DNA of 64,000 nucleotides from assembly GCA_944380395.1 (NCBI GenBank), contig CALWHM010000001.1:38090-102089 (forward strand), in the 5' to 3' direction. The notes beneath the pieces are model-generated. The model ran no database searches. It had not been told where the DNA came from and saw only the letters and a program-made list of their open reading frames with translations. Each line of letters starts with the position of its first letter. The first letter of the stretch is position 1. Shown here piece after piece: positions 18,425 to 27,522 of the stretch. Origin of the DNA: an uncultured Clostridia bacterium. GTDB lineage: Bacteria > Bacillota > Clostridia > Christensenellales > UBA3700. The position numbers were made by a program, and so were the translations under genes.

Positions 18425-19456
18425 TTACAGCTTGTCTATCTCCTGTAATAACGCCTGTAAAAGTTCATCGTTGGGGATGGTCTTTAATATCTTTCCGTCC
18501 TTGAACAGCGCGGATTTGTCCCTGCCGCCCGCAACGCCTATATCGCAATGGGCGGACTCTCCCACTCCGTTCACTATGCAGCCCATAACGGCTATTTGTA
18601 AATTTTTATTCACTCCGTATGTATATTCTCTCACTTTTTCCGCAAGCTCTTTGACGTTTATCTCCGTCCTTGCACAAGTGGGACAGGAGATGATCTCCAC
18701 ATACGGCTTTGTATATAAGTCGATGGCTTTCAATATCTCCGCCGCGGCGTCCACTTCCTTTACGGGATCGTCCGTCAGGGATACGCGAATGGTGTCGCCT
18801 ATACCGTCGGCAAGCAGACTGCCTATACCTATCGCGGACTTGACAAGTCCTTGGGTGTACAGCCCCGCCTCCGTCACGCCGAGATGCAGCGGATAGTCGC
18901 ATCTGCGGGAGAGCATTCTGTTGCATTCTATCATATCCCTGACGCAGGAGGACTTTACCGATACCACTATATCGTAAACGCCGTATTTTTCCAGCCAAGC
19001 GCAGTACTCCAAAGCGCTTTGGCACATCGCTTCCGCGGCGGGAAGATGGGCGTACTTTTTATCCAAGGAACCGCCGTTCACTCCCACACGGACGGGAACA
19101 TGATGAGCTTTTAAGCAATCGGCAACCGCCCTAAGATTACTCTCTCCTCCCAAATTCCCGGGATTTACCCTGACCTTTGCGGCGCCGTTTTCAATGGCGG
19201 CTATCGCAAGTTTATGGTCGAAATGTATGTCCGCCACCACGGGTATGGGGGATTTTTCGCAAATAGTCTTGAACGCCTTTGCAGAGGCCATATCGGGCAC
19301 GGAAGAGCGCACTATGTCACAGCCGCGTGCCGCAAGCGCGTTTATCTGCTCCAAAGTAGCTTGCGCGTTTGAGGTCGGGGTGTTCGTCATCGACTGTATG
19401 GCGATGGGCTCCCCGCCGCCAATGGTAACTTTTCCTATCTGTACTTTTTTGCTCAT
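18425..19456 (-). CDS. ispG: 4-hydroxy-3-methylbut-2-enyl diphosphate synthase
   Basis: IGGGEPIAIQSMTNT, then SCPTCART...GCIVNGVGE (Fe-S cysteines). Confidence 0.92.
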   Translation of the reverse strand: MSKKVQIGKVTIGGGEPIAIQSMTNTPTSNAQATLEQINALAARGCDIVRSSVPDMASAKAFKTICEKSPIPVVADIHFDHKLAIAAIENGAAKVRVNPGNLGGESNLRAVADCLKAHHVPVRVGVNGGSLDKKYAHLPAAEAMCQSALEYCAWLEKYGVYDIVVSVKSSCVRDMIECNRMLSRRCDYPLHLGVTEAGLYTQGLVKSAIGIGSLLADGIGDTIRVSLTDDPVKEVDAAAEILKAIDLYTKPYVEIISCPTCARTEINVKELAEKVREYTYGVNKNLQIAVMGCIVNGVGESAHCDIGVAGGRDKSALFKDGKILKTIPNDELLQALLQEIDKL

Positions 19457-19457
19457 A

Positions 19458-20558
19458 TCATCCCAAAAAATGCACCAAATCGAGTACGATCGCCAAGGCA
19501 AACAGTATCATCAATCCGGCAAAGTGTATTTTATTTTCTATTTTTCTGTTTATCGGCTTTCCCCTTACCCACTCGATGAGCGTGAACACAACCTTACTTC
19601 CGTCAAGCGCGGGAAACGGCAATATGTTCATTATGGCTACCGAAGCCGACAATACGCATACCCCATACATTATCGCATAAAATCCGAATTGTGTCAATTG
19701 CGCGAGCGACGAGACCGCCGTGACCGTTCCGCCCAAAGTTTCGCTTATCTTGGCGTCTCCCGTAAACAGCTGCCCGATAGATGTGAATATCAGTTTTATC
19801 ACGTCTCCGATAAATTGGAAAGAATGACCTATAGCCGGGAAAAATCCCAATTTATATTGCGTATATCCGTAAGAAATTCCAAACCCGTAAGAACTGCCGC
19901 CTTCTGCGTTTTCATCGGCATAATAAACTTTTGCTATATCGAGCGTAACCTGCTCTCCGTCACGAATGACTACAACGCTCATCTCGTCCTTGCCTCCGAC
20001 GGCGTCAGCAAAAGCGTTTGCGTCTATAAGAGAATATACCTTTTCTCCGTCAACGCTGTAAATTATGTCGCCTTCTTGGAATTGCTGTTCTGCGGCGACG
20101 GTCATCTCCTTGTCCGCAAAAACTTCACCCGCGGACGCTATGCGCGGCAGAACGTCTCCGAACGCCATAAAAAATATCGCTATCACTATTACGGAGCTGA
20201 TAAAGTTGAACAGCGCTCCCGAAATGAGCACAATTATCCTCTGCCACGGCGGTTTTGAATAAAAACTGCCCTCCGTCAAGGTCTCCTTTCCGTCCTCGTC
20301 TTCCCCGTCGAACGCACAGTAGCCGCCGAGCGGAATACAGCGTATCGAAAATATTTCGCCCGTCTTTTTATTGGTATGCTTGATTATTGCGGGTCCGAAG
20401 CCTATGGAAAACTCATTTATCTTAAATTTGAATATCTTGCCCGCCGCATAATGACCGAATTCGTGCACGACGATTATGAACATCAGGCACAGCAGCGCGA
20501 CCAAAACATATCCTATCCATTCGAGCACCTCTACAAAGGTCACACTCATTAAAAACAT
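19458..20558 (-). CDS. rseP: RIP metalloprotease RseP (site-2 protease)
   Basis: HEFGHY zinc motif, a PDZ-like central region, and a NILPFPALDG motif. GGGAGG precedes the ATG at 20558. Confidence 0.85.
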   Translation of the reverse strand: MFLMSVTFVEVLEWIGYVLVALLCLMFIIVVHEFGHYAAGKIFKFKINEFSIGFGPAIIKHTNKKTGEIFSIRCIPLGGYCAFDGEDEDGKETLTEGSFYSKPPWQRIIVLISGALFNFISSVIVIAIFFMAFGDVLPRIASAGEVFADKEMTVAAEQQFQEGDIIYSVDGEKVYSLIDANAFADAVGGKDEMSVVVIRDGEQVTLDIAKVYYADENAEGGSSYGFGISYGYTQYKLGFFPAIGHSFQFIGDVIKLIFTSIGQLFTGDAKISETLGGTVTAVSSLAQLTQFGFYAIMYGVCVLSASVAIMNILPFPALDGSKVVFTLIEWVRGKPINRKIENKIHFAGLMILFALAIVLDLVHFLG

Positions 20559-20560
20559 CG

Positions 20561-21697
20561 CTACCTCCCGGATAGGCAACTTAAAAGATAACTGCGGCAG
20601 CGTGCGTCCGTTTCGCGTATGCATTCGGGTGTGGGGTGAAAATCCTCCGCCGCCAATTTATCGAGCGCCTTATAAATATAATATGGCACATCGTAAAATT
20701 TTATAAGTCCGCGATAAAAACTATCCGCCAAAATTTCATCCGCGGCATTGAGTATTACCGGCGCCGCTCCGCCCTGCTTTGCACATTCTTCTGCAATTTT
20801 AAGGCACGGGAACGCCTCATAGTCGGGATTTTCAAACGTGAGCGGCTGACGTGTAAGATCCAGCGGCGAAAACTTGATATCACCGCGTTCGGGGAAATTC
20901 AGCGCCACCTGTATGGGCAGTTTCATATCGGGATAACTCAGCTGAGCCAATATGCTTCCGTCCGCAAATTCCACCATAGAGTGTACTATGCTCTGCCTGT
21001 GTATGAGCACTTGTATATCTTCAACGGACATATTGAACAGATGCATTGCCTCTATTATCTCAAAGCCCTTGTTCATCAGCGTGGCGGAATCTATCGTCAC
21101 CTTTACGCCCATATTCCATGTGGGATGTTTTAACGCCTGCGCCGCGGTCACGTTTTCCAACTCCGCGCGCGTATAGCCGCGAAAAGCGCCGCCGCTTGCG
21201 GTAAGAATTATCTTCTTGCAGACTTTATCCCCTTTCAGGCACTGCCATATTGCGGAATGCTCGCTGTCAACGGGAAGTATGTTTACGCCCTTTTCCTTTG
21301 CGGCGCGCATCACCGCAGACCCGCCCGTGACCAAAGTTTCCTTATTAGCCAAAGCTATATCGTTTCCTGCCACTATCGCCGCAAGCGTGGGTTCAAGTCC
21401 GCCTATGCCCACAAGCGCGTTCAAAGTTATATCCGCGCGCATTGAAGCTATCTGCAAAACTCCGCTTCTGCCCTCCAAAACGGGGACGGCAACTTGTGAG
21501 CGCAGAATTTTTGCCTGCGCCTCGTCTTCCACTGCGACCGCTTCGGGGTGAAAAAGTTCTATCTGCTCTTTGAGCAGACGGATATTTTTGGCGCACACCA
21601 GCGCCTTGACTTTGAATTTTTCGGGATATGCGGCTATTACATCCAGCGTTTGCGTGCCGATGGACCCCGTGCTTCCCAATAAAACTATGCTTTTCAT
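20561..21697 (-). CDS. dxr: 1-deoxy-D-xylulose 5-phosphate reductoisomerase
   Basis: LGSTGSIGTQTLDV, NKE, DSEHSA and HPTWNMG motifs. Confidence 0.95.
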   Translation of the reverse strand: MKSIVLLGSTGSIGTQTLDVIAAYPEKFKVKALVCAKNIRLLKEQIELFHPEAVAVEDEAQAKILRSQVAVPVLEGRSGVLQIASMRADITLNALVGIGGLEPTLAAIVAGNDIALANKETLVTGGSAVMRAAKEKGVNILPVDSEHSAIWQCLKGDKVCKKIILTASGGAFRGYTRAELENVTAAQALKHPTWNMGVKVTIDSATLMNKGFEIIEAMHLFNMSVEDIQVLIHRQSIVHSMVEFADGSILAQLSYPDMKLPIQVALNFPERGDIKFSPLDLTRQPLTFENPDYEAFPCLKIAEECAKQGGAAPVILNAADEILADSFYRGLIKFYDVPYYIYKALDKLAAEDFHPTPECIRETDARCRSYLLSCLSGR

Positions 21698-21698
21698 A

Positions 21699-22610
21699 TC
21701 AACAAATACCGCTTACGGCGAATACGAGATATACGAGCGGAAGCATAAACAAGATGCTGTCCAGCCTGTCCATTATACCGCCGTGCCCGGGGAAAAGTTT
21801 GCCGAAGTCCTTTATCCCCGCCTTTCTTTTTATCCACGAAGCCGCGAGATCTCCCAGCTCTCCCAACGCGCCGCCGACGACGCCCAGAGCGATGTACAAT
21901 CCCAGCGAGCCGTATAGATTTCCCTTGATAAGTTCCATACTTCCGGCGTTGGGGAAAACGGACATTGCGCCGCTGTAATCGAACAGGAAGAATACTATAA
22001 GAGCGCCGATTATGCCGCCTATTATGCCGCCGACCGCACCGGCGACGGTCTTTTTCGGACTTATCTGCGGGCAAAGTTTCCTTTTGCCTATCGCCATTCC
22101 CGTAAAATAAGCCATCGTGTCCGCCATAACGGGCACGGCTATTATGAGCATTATACCCAAAAGTCCCGCTTCGGAATGGTTGACGGGCAAAAACAGCATA
22201 AATAGTGAGAGCGGATATATACCCACGAATATCGTGGCGAACATATCGTTGAGCGAATATCCCTCTTTAACGGGAACATCCTCCTCTTCGTTTTTCGGCT
22301 TTGCCTCGCCCAAATTATGTTTTAACGTGAATATTATGAGTGCGGATATTGTAACTACCGCCAGCGTGAGCATAACGCCGTCCGCCATAAAAAAGTATGT
22401 GAGCGGGAACGCCGCAACGCATCCCAAAATGAGAGCTGTGGGAATGGGCTTGTAGCCCGCGCGCTTAAACGCCTGATACATTTCAAATACGCCGAGAAAC
22501 GCCAGCACCGTCAAAATGTCCGCCAGCTGAAATTCCAGCGACCTTAAACCGAAAATACATCCGAACAACACTGCGAGTATGCATACAGCCGTTACTATTC
22601 TTTTTAACAT
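21699..22610 (-). CDS. cdsA: Phosphatidate cytidylyltransferase
   Basis: SWIKRKAGIKDFGKLFPGHGGIMDRLDS is the CTP-transferase signature. Polytopic membrane protein. Confidence 0.9.
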   Translation of the reverse strand: MLKRIVTAVCILAVLFGCIFGLRSLEFQLADILTVLAFLGVFEMYQAFKRAGYKPIPTALILGCVAAFPLTYFFMADGVMLTLAVVTISALIIFTLKHNLGEAKPKNEEEDVPVKEGYSLNDMFATIFVGIYPLSLFMLFLPVNHSEAGLLGIMLIIAVPVMADTMAYFTGMAIGKRKLCPQISPKKTVAGAVGGIIGGIIGALIVFFLFDYSGAMSVFPNAGSMELIKGNLYGSLGLYIALGVVGGALGELGDLAASWIKRKAGIKDFGKLFPGHGGIMDRLDSILFMLPLVYLVFAVSGIC

Positions 22611-22617
22611 ATATACC

Positions 22618-23319
22618 TCATTTTAAGCCGCCGAATCTGCGTTCTCTTCCCGAATATTCGCTTATTATGCGCAAAACGGTCTGCTCGTTGAAATCGGGCC
22701 AAAAATCGTCGATAAGTACAAATTCGGAATAGGCGCACTGCCACAGCATAAAGTTGGAAAGCCTTTTTTCTCCTGCGCAGCGCACTATCACGTCTGGATC
22801 GCTCATTCCTGCGGTATCCAGATTAGCATTGATGGCTTCTTCCGTAACGGGCAAGCCGCTTTCCGCCGCCTTTTGCGCGGCGCGCGCTATCTCATCTCTT
22901 CCGCCGTAATTTATACCTATGTTTACAACGATACCAGTATTATTCTCAGCCGCCCTAGCAATGCTTTCCAGCGCGTTTTGCGTTTCCTGAGGCAGGCGGT
23001 GCAATTCCCCCATAAAGCGAATGCGGTAATTTTTATCCACATACTCCTTCATTTCCTCATCGGCAAACTTTTTGATCATAGCCAAAAGCGCGTCTATCTC
23101 GTCTTTCGGGCGCGACCAATTTTCCGTGGATAGAGCGTAAAACGACACCTCTTTTATGCCCAGCTTTTCACAGGCGGCTATCACTCTTTTTAACGCCTCC
23201 ACGCCCATTTTATGTCCGTACTTGCGCGGCATAAGACGGCGCTTTGCCCAGCGACCGTTCCCGTCCATTATAAAAGCGATGTGCGCGGGTATCTTCAAGT
23301 CTTGCATAATAATTCCCAT
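22618..23319 (-). CDS. uppS: Undecaprenyl diphosphate synthase (cis-prenyltransferase)
   Basis: HIAFIMDGNGRWA and RFGG motifs. Confidence 0.93.
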   Translation of the reverse strand: MGIIMQDLKIPAHIAFIMDGNGRWAKRRLMPRKYGHKMGVEALKRVIAACEKLGIKEVSFYALSTENWSRPKDEIDALLAMIKKFADEEMKEYVDKNYRIRFMGELHRLPQETQNALESIARAAENNTGIVVNIGINYGGRDEIARAAQKAAESGLPVTEEAINANLDTAGMSDPDVIVRCAGEKRLSNFMLWQCAYSEFVLIDDFWPDFNEQTVLRIISEYSGRERRFGGLK

Positions 23320-23383
23320 TATTCAAATGGCAAGCAAAGCTTGCGCCCTACTTGCCACAATTACGTAATTATTTCGTCATATT

Positions 23384-23962
23384 TCAGACGCTCATTATCT
23401 CCGCTTCCTTATCCTTGACCATCTTGTCAACCTTGGCAACGGCCTCGTTCAGCTTTTTGTCCACGTCCTTTTCAAGGGAAGAAAGATCGTCTTCGGTGAT
23501 AGCGGAATCCTTTTTGAGTTTTTTCAGCTCGTCGTTTATATCGCGACGGGCGTTCCTGAGCGCGATTTTGCAGTTTTCGGCTATTGCCTTCATCTGCTTG
23601 ACATATTCGCGCCTGCGCTCCTCCGTCAGTTCGGGGAACACCAACCTTATGACTTTTCCGTCATTGGTGGGCGTAACGCCTATGTTGGCGGCAAGGATAG
23701 CCTTTTCCACGTTTTTGAGCATGCTCACGTCCCAAACGTTCACCACCAGCATTCTGGCTTCGGGTGCGGAGACGTTGCCCACTTGGTTTAAGGGTGTGGG
23801 ACAACCGTAATAGTCCACGGTCACTCTGTCCAACATATGCGGATTGGCTTTGCCCGCCTTTATACCGGCAAATTCGTGTTTAAGCCCTTCCACGCTTTTT
23901 TCCAGCCTGCTTTCGTAATCATCGAACAGCAAGAGTACATCTTCGTTATCGTATGCAGCCAT
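23384..23962 (-). CDS. frr: Ribosome recycling factor
   Basis: Full-length Frr-like sequence (FAGIKAGKANPHMLD...PELTEERRREYVK). Confidence 0.95.
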   Translation of the reverse strand: MAAYDNEDVLLLFDDYESRLEKSVEGLKHEFAGIKAGKANPHMLDRVTVDYYGCPTPLNQVGNVSAPEARMLVVNVWDVSMLKNVEKAILAANIGVTPTNDGKVIRLVFPELTEERRREYVKQMKAIAENCKIALRNARRDINDELKKLKKDSAITEDDLSSLEKDVDKKLNEAVAKVDKMVKDKEAEIMSV

Positions 23963-24024
23963 AAATTTCTCCTTGCATTGTTATATTATAAGTATAGCAA
24001 AGTTTGCAAAGTTAATCAATACTT

Positions 24025-24726
24025 TCAATGGATAATTGTACCGATTCTTTCGCCGTTTACCACCCTTACGATGCTGTCTTTTTCTTTCAGCGCAAAGGCG
24101 ATGATGGGTATCTTGTTTTCCATACACAGCGAAATTGCAGTGGTATCCATAGCGTGAAGTCCCTTTTGTATGACGTCAAGATAGCTCAGTTCGTCAAACT
24201 TTTTAGCGTTCGGATTGGTCTTAGGGTCGCTGTCATAGATGCCGTCCACGTTTTTGGCAAGCAGCAGCACTTCCGCATTTATCTCTGCGGCGCGCAATGC
24301 CGCGCCCGTATCCGTGCTGAAAAACGGATTGCCCGTGCCGCATGCGAATATGACTATTCTGCCCTTTTCAAAATGATGGAGCGCTTTGCGCAATATATAA
24401 GGTTCTGCAACGCGCGTTATAGTGAGCGCGGTCTGCACCCTGGTGGGAATACCGTGCGCTTCGAGAGCGTCCTGCAACGCGATGGAATTCATTACCGTTG
24501 CCAGCATTCCCATATGGTCTGCCGCGGATTTCTCCATATTCAGCGCCTGTCTGCCGCGCCAAAAGTTGCCTCCGCCGATTATAATGCCAATCTCAACGTT
24601 TTCATCGCGCACTTTTTTTATCTGCTCAACGATGTATTCCAACATCGATTCGTCTATTCCGAAGCCTTTATCTCCGGCAAGCGCTTCTCCGCTGAGCTTT
24701 ATTATAACTCTCTTATATATTGCCAT
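24025..24726 (-). CDS. pyrH: UMP kinase
   Basis: [13 protein letters not shown]...GGGNFWRG...[10 protein letters not shown]. Confidence 0.95.
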   Translation of the reverse strand: MAIYKRVIIKLSGEALAGDKGFGIDESMLEYIVEQIKKVRDENVEIGIIIGGGNFWRGRQALNMEKSAADHMGMLATVMNSIALQDALEAHGIPTRVQTALTITRVAEPYILRKALHHFEKGRIVIFACGTGNPFFSTDTGAALRAAEINAEVLLLAKNVDGIYDSDPKTNPNAKKFDELSYLDVIQKGLHAMDTTAISLCMENKIPIIAFALKEKDSIVRVVNGERIGTIIH

Positions 24727-24744
24727 AACTCCCTCCGAATTATA

Positions 24745-24776
24745 TTAAAAAAAGGGAAACGCAACAGCGTTTCCCC
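24745..24776 (-). terminator. Rho-independent terminator after tsf
   Basis: Minus strand GGGAAACGC-UGUU-GCGUUUCCC followed by UUUUUUU. Confidence 0.7.
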
Positions 24777-24786
24777 GTTTGATTTA

Positions 24787-25671
24787 TCAGTTACCGGATT
24801 TTGCCTTGTTGATTTGAGCTTCAACTTCAGCGGCAAGATCTTCCTGCTTCTTTTCCAAACCTTCGCCCATAGTGTAACGGGTGAATTTGACAACGGTCAC
24901 GCCGCCGTGCTCTTTCAAAAGCTGCGCGACGGTCTTGTCCGCGTCCTTAACGAAGGGCTGTTCCACAAGGCAGACTTCCTTATAGAACTTGTGTATCCTG
25001 CCCTCTATCATCTTTTCAATGATGTTAAGGGGCTTGGGTTTAGCTTCGTTCAAAGCCTGAGCCTTCAAAATTTCCTTCTCGTGTTCGACTTCTTCTGCGG
25101 GAACTTCTGCGGAAGTGACATACTTGGGATTGGCGGCGGCTATCTGCAAAGCCACGTCATGGATAAGCTCATCGCTTGCCTGAGCGTCCATTTCCACCAA
25201 AACGCCTATCTTGCCGCCCATATGGATATAGGAATCCACTTTATGAGCATCGTCGGTGACGTATTTGACAAAACGCCTTACTTCTATTTTTTCGCCTATC
25301 TTTGCGATGGTCTCATGCAAAAGATCCTGATTGGCAGCCACGACCGCAGCCACGTCCTCAACGTCGTTTGCCACGATATATTCCGCAATCTTGTCCACAA
25401 AAGACTTGAATTGTTCGCCTCTTGCCACAAAGTCGGATTCGCAGTTGACTTCCACAAGCACGCCGACGTTGCCCTTTATGCACGCGCTCACAACGCCTTG
25501 GGAAGCTATCTTGTCCGCCCTCTTGGCGCTGGTAGCCATACCCTTCTTGCGGAGTATCTCCACAGCCTGTTCCATATCGCCGTCGGCTTCGGTCAGCGCT
25601 TTCTTGCAGTCCATCATGCCGACGCCCGTCTGCTCGCGCAGTTTCATAACGTCTTTAGCCGTAAAACTCAT
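24787..25671 (-). CDS. tsf: Elongation factor Ts
   Basis: VMKLREQTGVGMMDCKKAL is the UBA-like N-terminus. Full-length EF-Ts. Confidence 0.95.
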   Translation of the reverse strand: MSFTAKDVMKLREQTGVGMMDCKKALTEADGDMEQAVEILRKKGMATSAKRADKIASQGVVSACIKGNVGVLVEVNCESDFVARGEQFKSFVDKIAEYIVANDVEDVAAVVAANQDLLHETIAKIGEKIEVRRFVKYVTDDAHKVDSYIHMGGKIGVLVEMDAQASDELIHDVALQIAAANPKYVTSAEVPAEEVEHEKEILKAQALNEAKPKPLNIIEKMIEGRIHKFYKEVCLVEQPFVKDADKTVAQLLKEHGGVTVVKFTRYTMGEGLEKKQEDLAAEVEAQINKAKSGN

Positions 25672-25682
25672 CTTTATTCTCC

Positions 25683-26450
25683 TTAGTCCTTTTTGTCCTC
25701 TTCTGCGGGAACGACTTCGTCTATCGCTTCCACAGGCTTATCGTCGTCATCTTCAACGGAATAAGCCACGCCTTCCTTTGCCTCGATGACCGCATTCGCT
25801 ATAATGCTTGCTATAAGCTTGATGGCCCTGATCGCATCGTCATTGCCGGGGATAACGTAATCCACCATATCGGGATCGCAATTGGTGTCCACAAGACCTA
25901 CGACGGGGATACCCAGCTTGCGCGCTTCCTTAACGGCTATCTCCTCATTCTTGATGTCCACAACGAACATAACGCCGGGGAGAGAGGTCATATTTTTGAT
26001 ACCGCCCAGGTTGGCGTCCAGCTTTGCCCTTTCGGCTTTCAAAGAAGCGACTTCCTTTTTGGGGAGCAGCTCGAACTCGCCGATGATCTCCATTTGGTTG
26101 ATCTTGTTGAGGCGGTCGATACGGCTGCGTATGGTCTTGAAGTTGGTGAGGGTGCCGCCCAGCCAGCGCTGGTTGATGTAATACATTCCGCACCTTTGAG
26201 CTTCTTCCTTGATAGCGTCCTGAGCCTGCTTTTTGGTGCCGACGAACAAAACGGTCTTGCCCGCTTTGACGGAGTCACGCACGAAAGCGTAAGCCTTCTC
26301 CACTTCCTGCACGGAAACTTCCAGGTTGATGATGTGGATATCGTTGCGAGCCTGATAGATATAAGGCTTCATCTTGGGATTCCACTTTTTGGTCTGATGA
26401 CCGAAGTGAACGCCTGCTTCAAGCAGGTTCTTCATAGTTACAACTGCCAT
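25683..26450 (-). CDS. rpsB: 30S ribosomal protein S2, with an acidic C-terminal tail
   Basis: [27 protein letters not shown]. The start is at 26450. The 44-aa upstream extension in the ORF track covers the structured leader, so I rejected it. Confidence 0.95.
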   Translation of the reverse strand: MAVVTMKNLLEAGVHFGHQTKKWNPKMKPYIYQARNDIHIINLEVSVQEVEKAYAFVRDSVKAGKTVLFVGTKKQAQDAIKEEAQRCGMYYINQRWLGGTLTNFKTIRSRIDRLNKINQMEIIGEFELLPKKEVASLKAERAKLDANLGGIKNMTSLPGVMFVVDIKNEEIAVKEARKLGIPVVGLVDTNCDPDMVDYVIPGNDDAIRAIKLIASIIANAVIEAKEGVAYSVEDDDDKPVEAIDEVVPAEEDKKD

Positions 26451-26553
26451 AATAAAAACTCCTTTTGTTTTTTCACCCCCGCTGTTACGCCGTCGGCACC
26501 GTTTACACGGCAACGGCCGCTCGGCTGGCAGCGAGTGTTTATTTTCTTGTGTG

Positions 26554-26582
26554 ATTATAACATAGCAAAAGCGTAAAAGCAA
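26554..26582 (-). promoter_or_regulatory. Sigma-A type promoter of rpsB-tsf (extended -10)
   Basis: Minus strand TTGCTT, a 17-nt spacer, then TGT-TATAAT. It overlaps the upstream terminator. Confidence 0.5.
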
Positions 26583-26594
26583 ACGTTTTTACGC
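26565..26594 (-). terminator. Rho-independent terminator after the DUF1292 gene
   Basis: Minus strand GCGUAAAA-ACGUUUGC-UUUUACGC followed by UUUUGC. Confidence 0.65.
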
Positions 26595-26639
26595 ATTTTG
26601 TTATTTACTTATGGTTATAATAGTTGAAAAGCCTGTCTG

Positions 26640-26996
26640 TCAGTCCTTTTTATCGTCTTTATGGTGATGGTCGCAGTCGTGGTCGCAGCAATCGCAATCG
26701 TCGTCGCATTTCTCCATTTCTTCCATATAGACCTGATAAACGCCGTCCAAAACCTTTTCGTCCTCTACGGGAACAAACAGATCGTTGCCTTCGCTGTCCG
26801 TACCTATCTTGAAAACTATAACCTCTTCATCGTCCATATCCTCATCCAGCACTTCGGGCTGAAGGAGTATGTACCATTCGTTATCGTAATCCAAAGTGGC
26901 GATGTGCTCGAATCTGGTTTCATTGCCCTCATCGTCCACAAGCACAAGGATGTCGTCATCTTCTTCGAACTGTTCGTCCATTTTTTCGTCTGCCAT
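26640..26996 (-). CDS. DUF1292 family protein with a Cys/Asp/His-rich C-terminal tail
   Basis: ILVLVDDEGNETRFEHIATLDYDNEWYILLQP...VIVFKI is the DUF1292 pattern. It is adjacent to ruvX, as is common in Firmicutes. The tail reads KCDDDCDCCDHDCDHHHKDDKKD. Confidence 0.8.
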   Translation of the reverse strand: MADEKMDEQFEEDDDILVLVDDEGNETRFEHIATLDYDNEWYILLQPEVLDEDMDDEEVIVFKIGTDSEGNDLFVPVEDEKVLDGVYQVYMEEMEKCDDDCDCCDHDCDHHHKDDKKD

Positions 26997-27077
26997 TTTT
27001 AACCTCCGCGTTCGGATTTTTTACTGCCTATATCATATTATATATCGGGGTCCGCCGTCAAGCGGTTTTTTCGCCTA

Positions 27078-27509
27078 TCATAGCGGCATTTTGAGAGGAT
27101 TGTCGAGATAAGTCTGCAAAATGACCGTTGCTGCGACCCTGTCTATCACGTTTTTACGCTTTTCCCTGCGCATTCCCGATTCTATCAGCACCCTTTCGGA
27201 AGTCACCGTGGTGAGGCGTTCGTCCTGATATACTATCTTGGCGTCCGTATAAGCGGCAAGCTGTCCGCCCCACTCCTCCGCCATAAGCGCGCGCGGTCCC
27301 TTGGTCCCGTCCATATTCAGCGGCAGACCTATCACCGCGACGCCCACGTTCTGCTGTTTGATAAGCTCGGCGATGTATTTGAAGTCGCTCTCATCGCCCT
27401 TGCGGCGATAGGTTTCCAAAGCGCCCGCGACCATGCCCATTATATCGCTGACCGCAATGCCCACGCGCACATCTCCAAGGTCTATACCCATATATCTTTT
27501 TCCCGTCAT
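27078..27509 (-). CDS. ruvX: Holliday junction resolvase-like nuclease RuvX/YqgF
   Basis: GIDLGDVRVGIAVSD...GLPLNMDGT...DERLTT. Confidence 0.9.
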   Translation of the reverse strand: MTGKRYMGIDLGDVRVGIAVSDIMGMVAGALETYRRKGDESDFKYIAELIKQQNVGVAVIGLPLNMDGTKGPRALMAEEWGGQLAAYTDAKIVYQDERLTTVTSERVLIESGMRREKRKNVIDRVAATVILQTYLDNPLKMPL

Positions 27510-27522
27510 ATGCCCTCCTTTG

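Noticed and set aside
26451-26582. N-terminal extensions offered by the ORF track for rpsB (26582). The same issue affects rarA (31378), rbfA (12169), sigE (42608), ispG (19501), rseP (20624), spoIIIAB (5312), nusB (1312), mraZ (57124), ftsA (45995), the phosphoesterase (59416) and rimP (16752).
   Set aside because: In each case the conserved family N-terminus begins at an internal ATG that has a proper SD or is set by operon coupling. The extension overlaps promoters, terminators or the preceding gene, and several of the extensions start at TTG.
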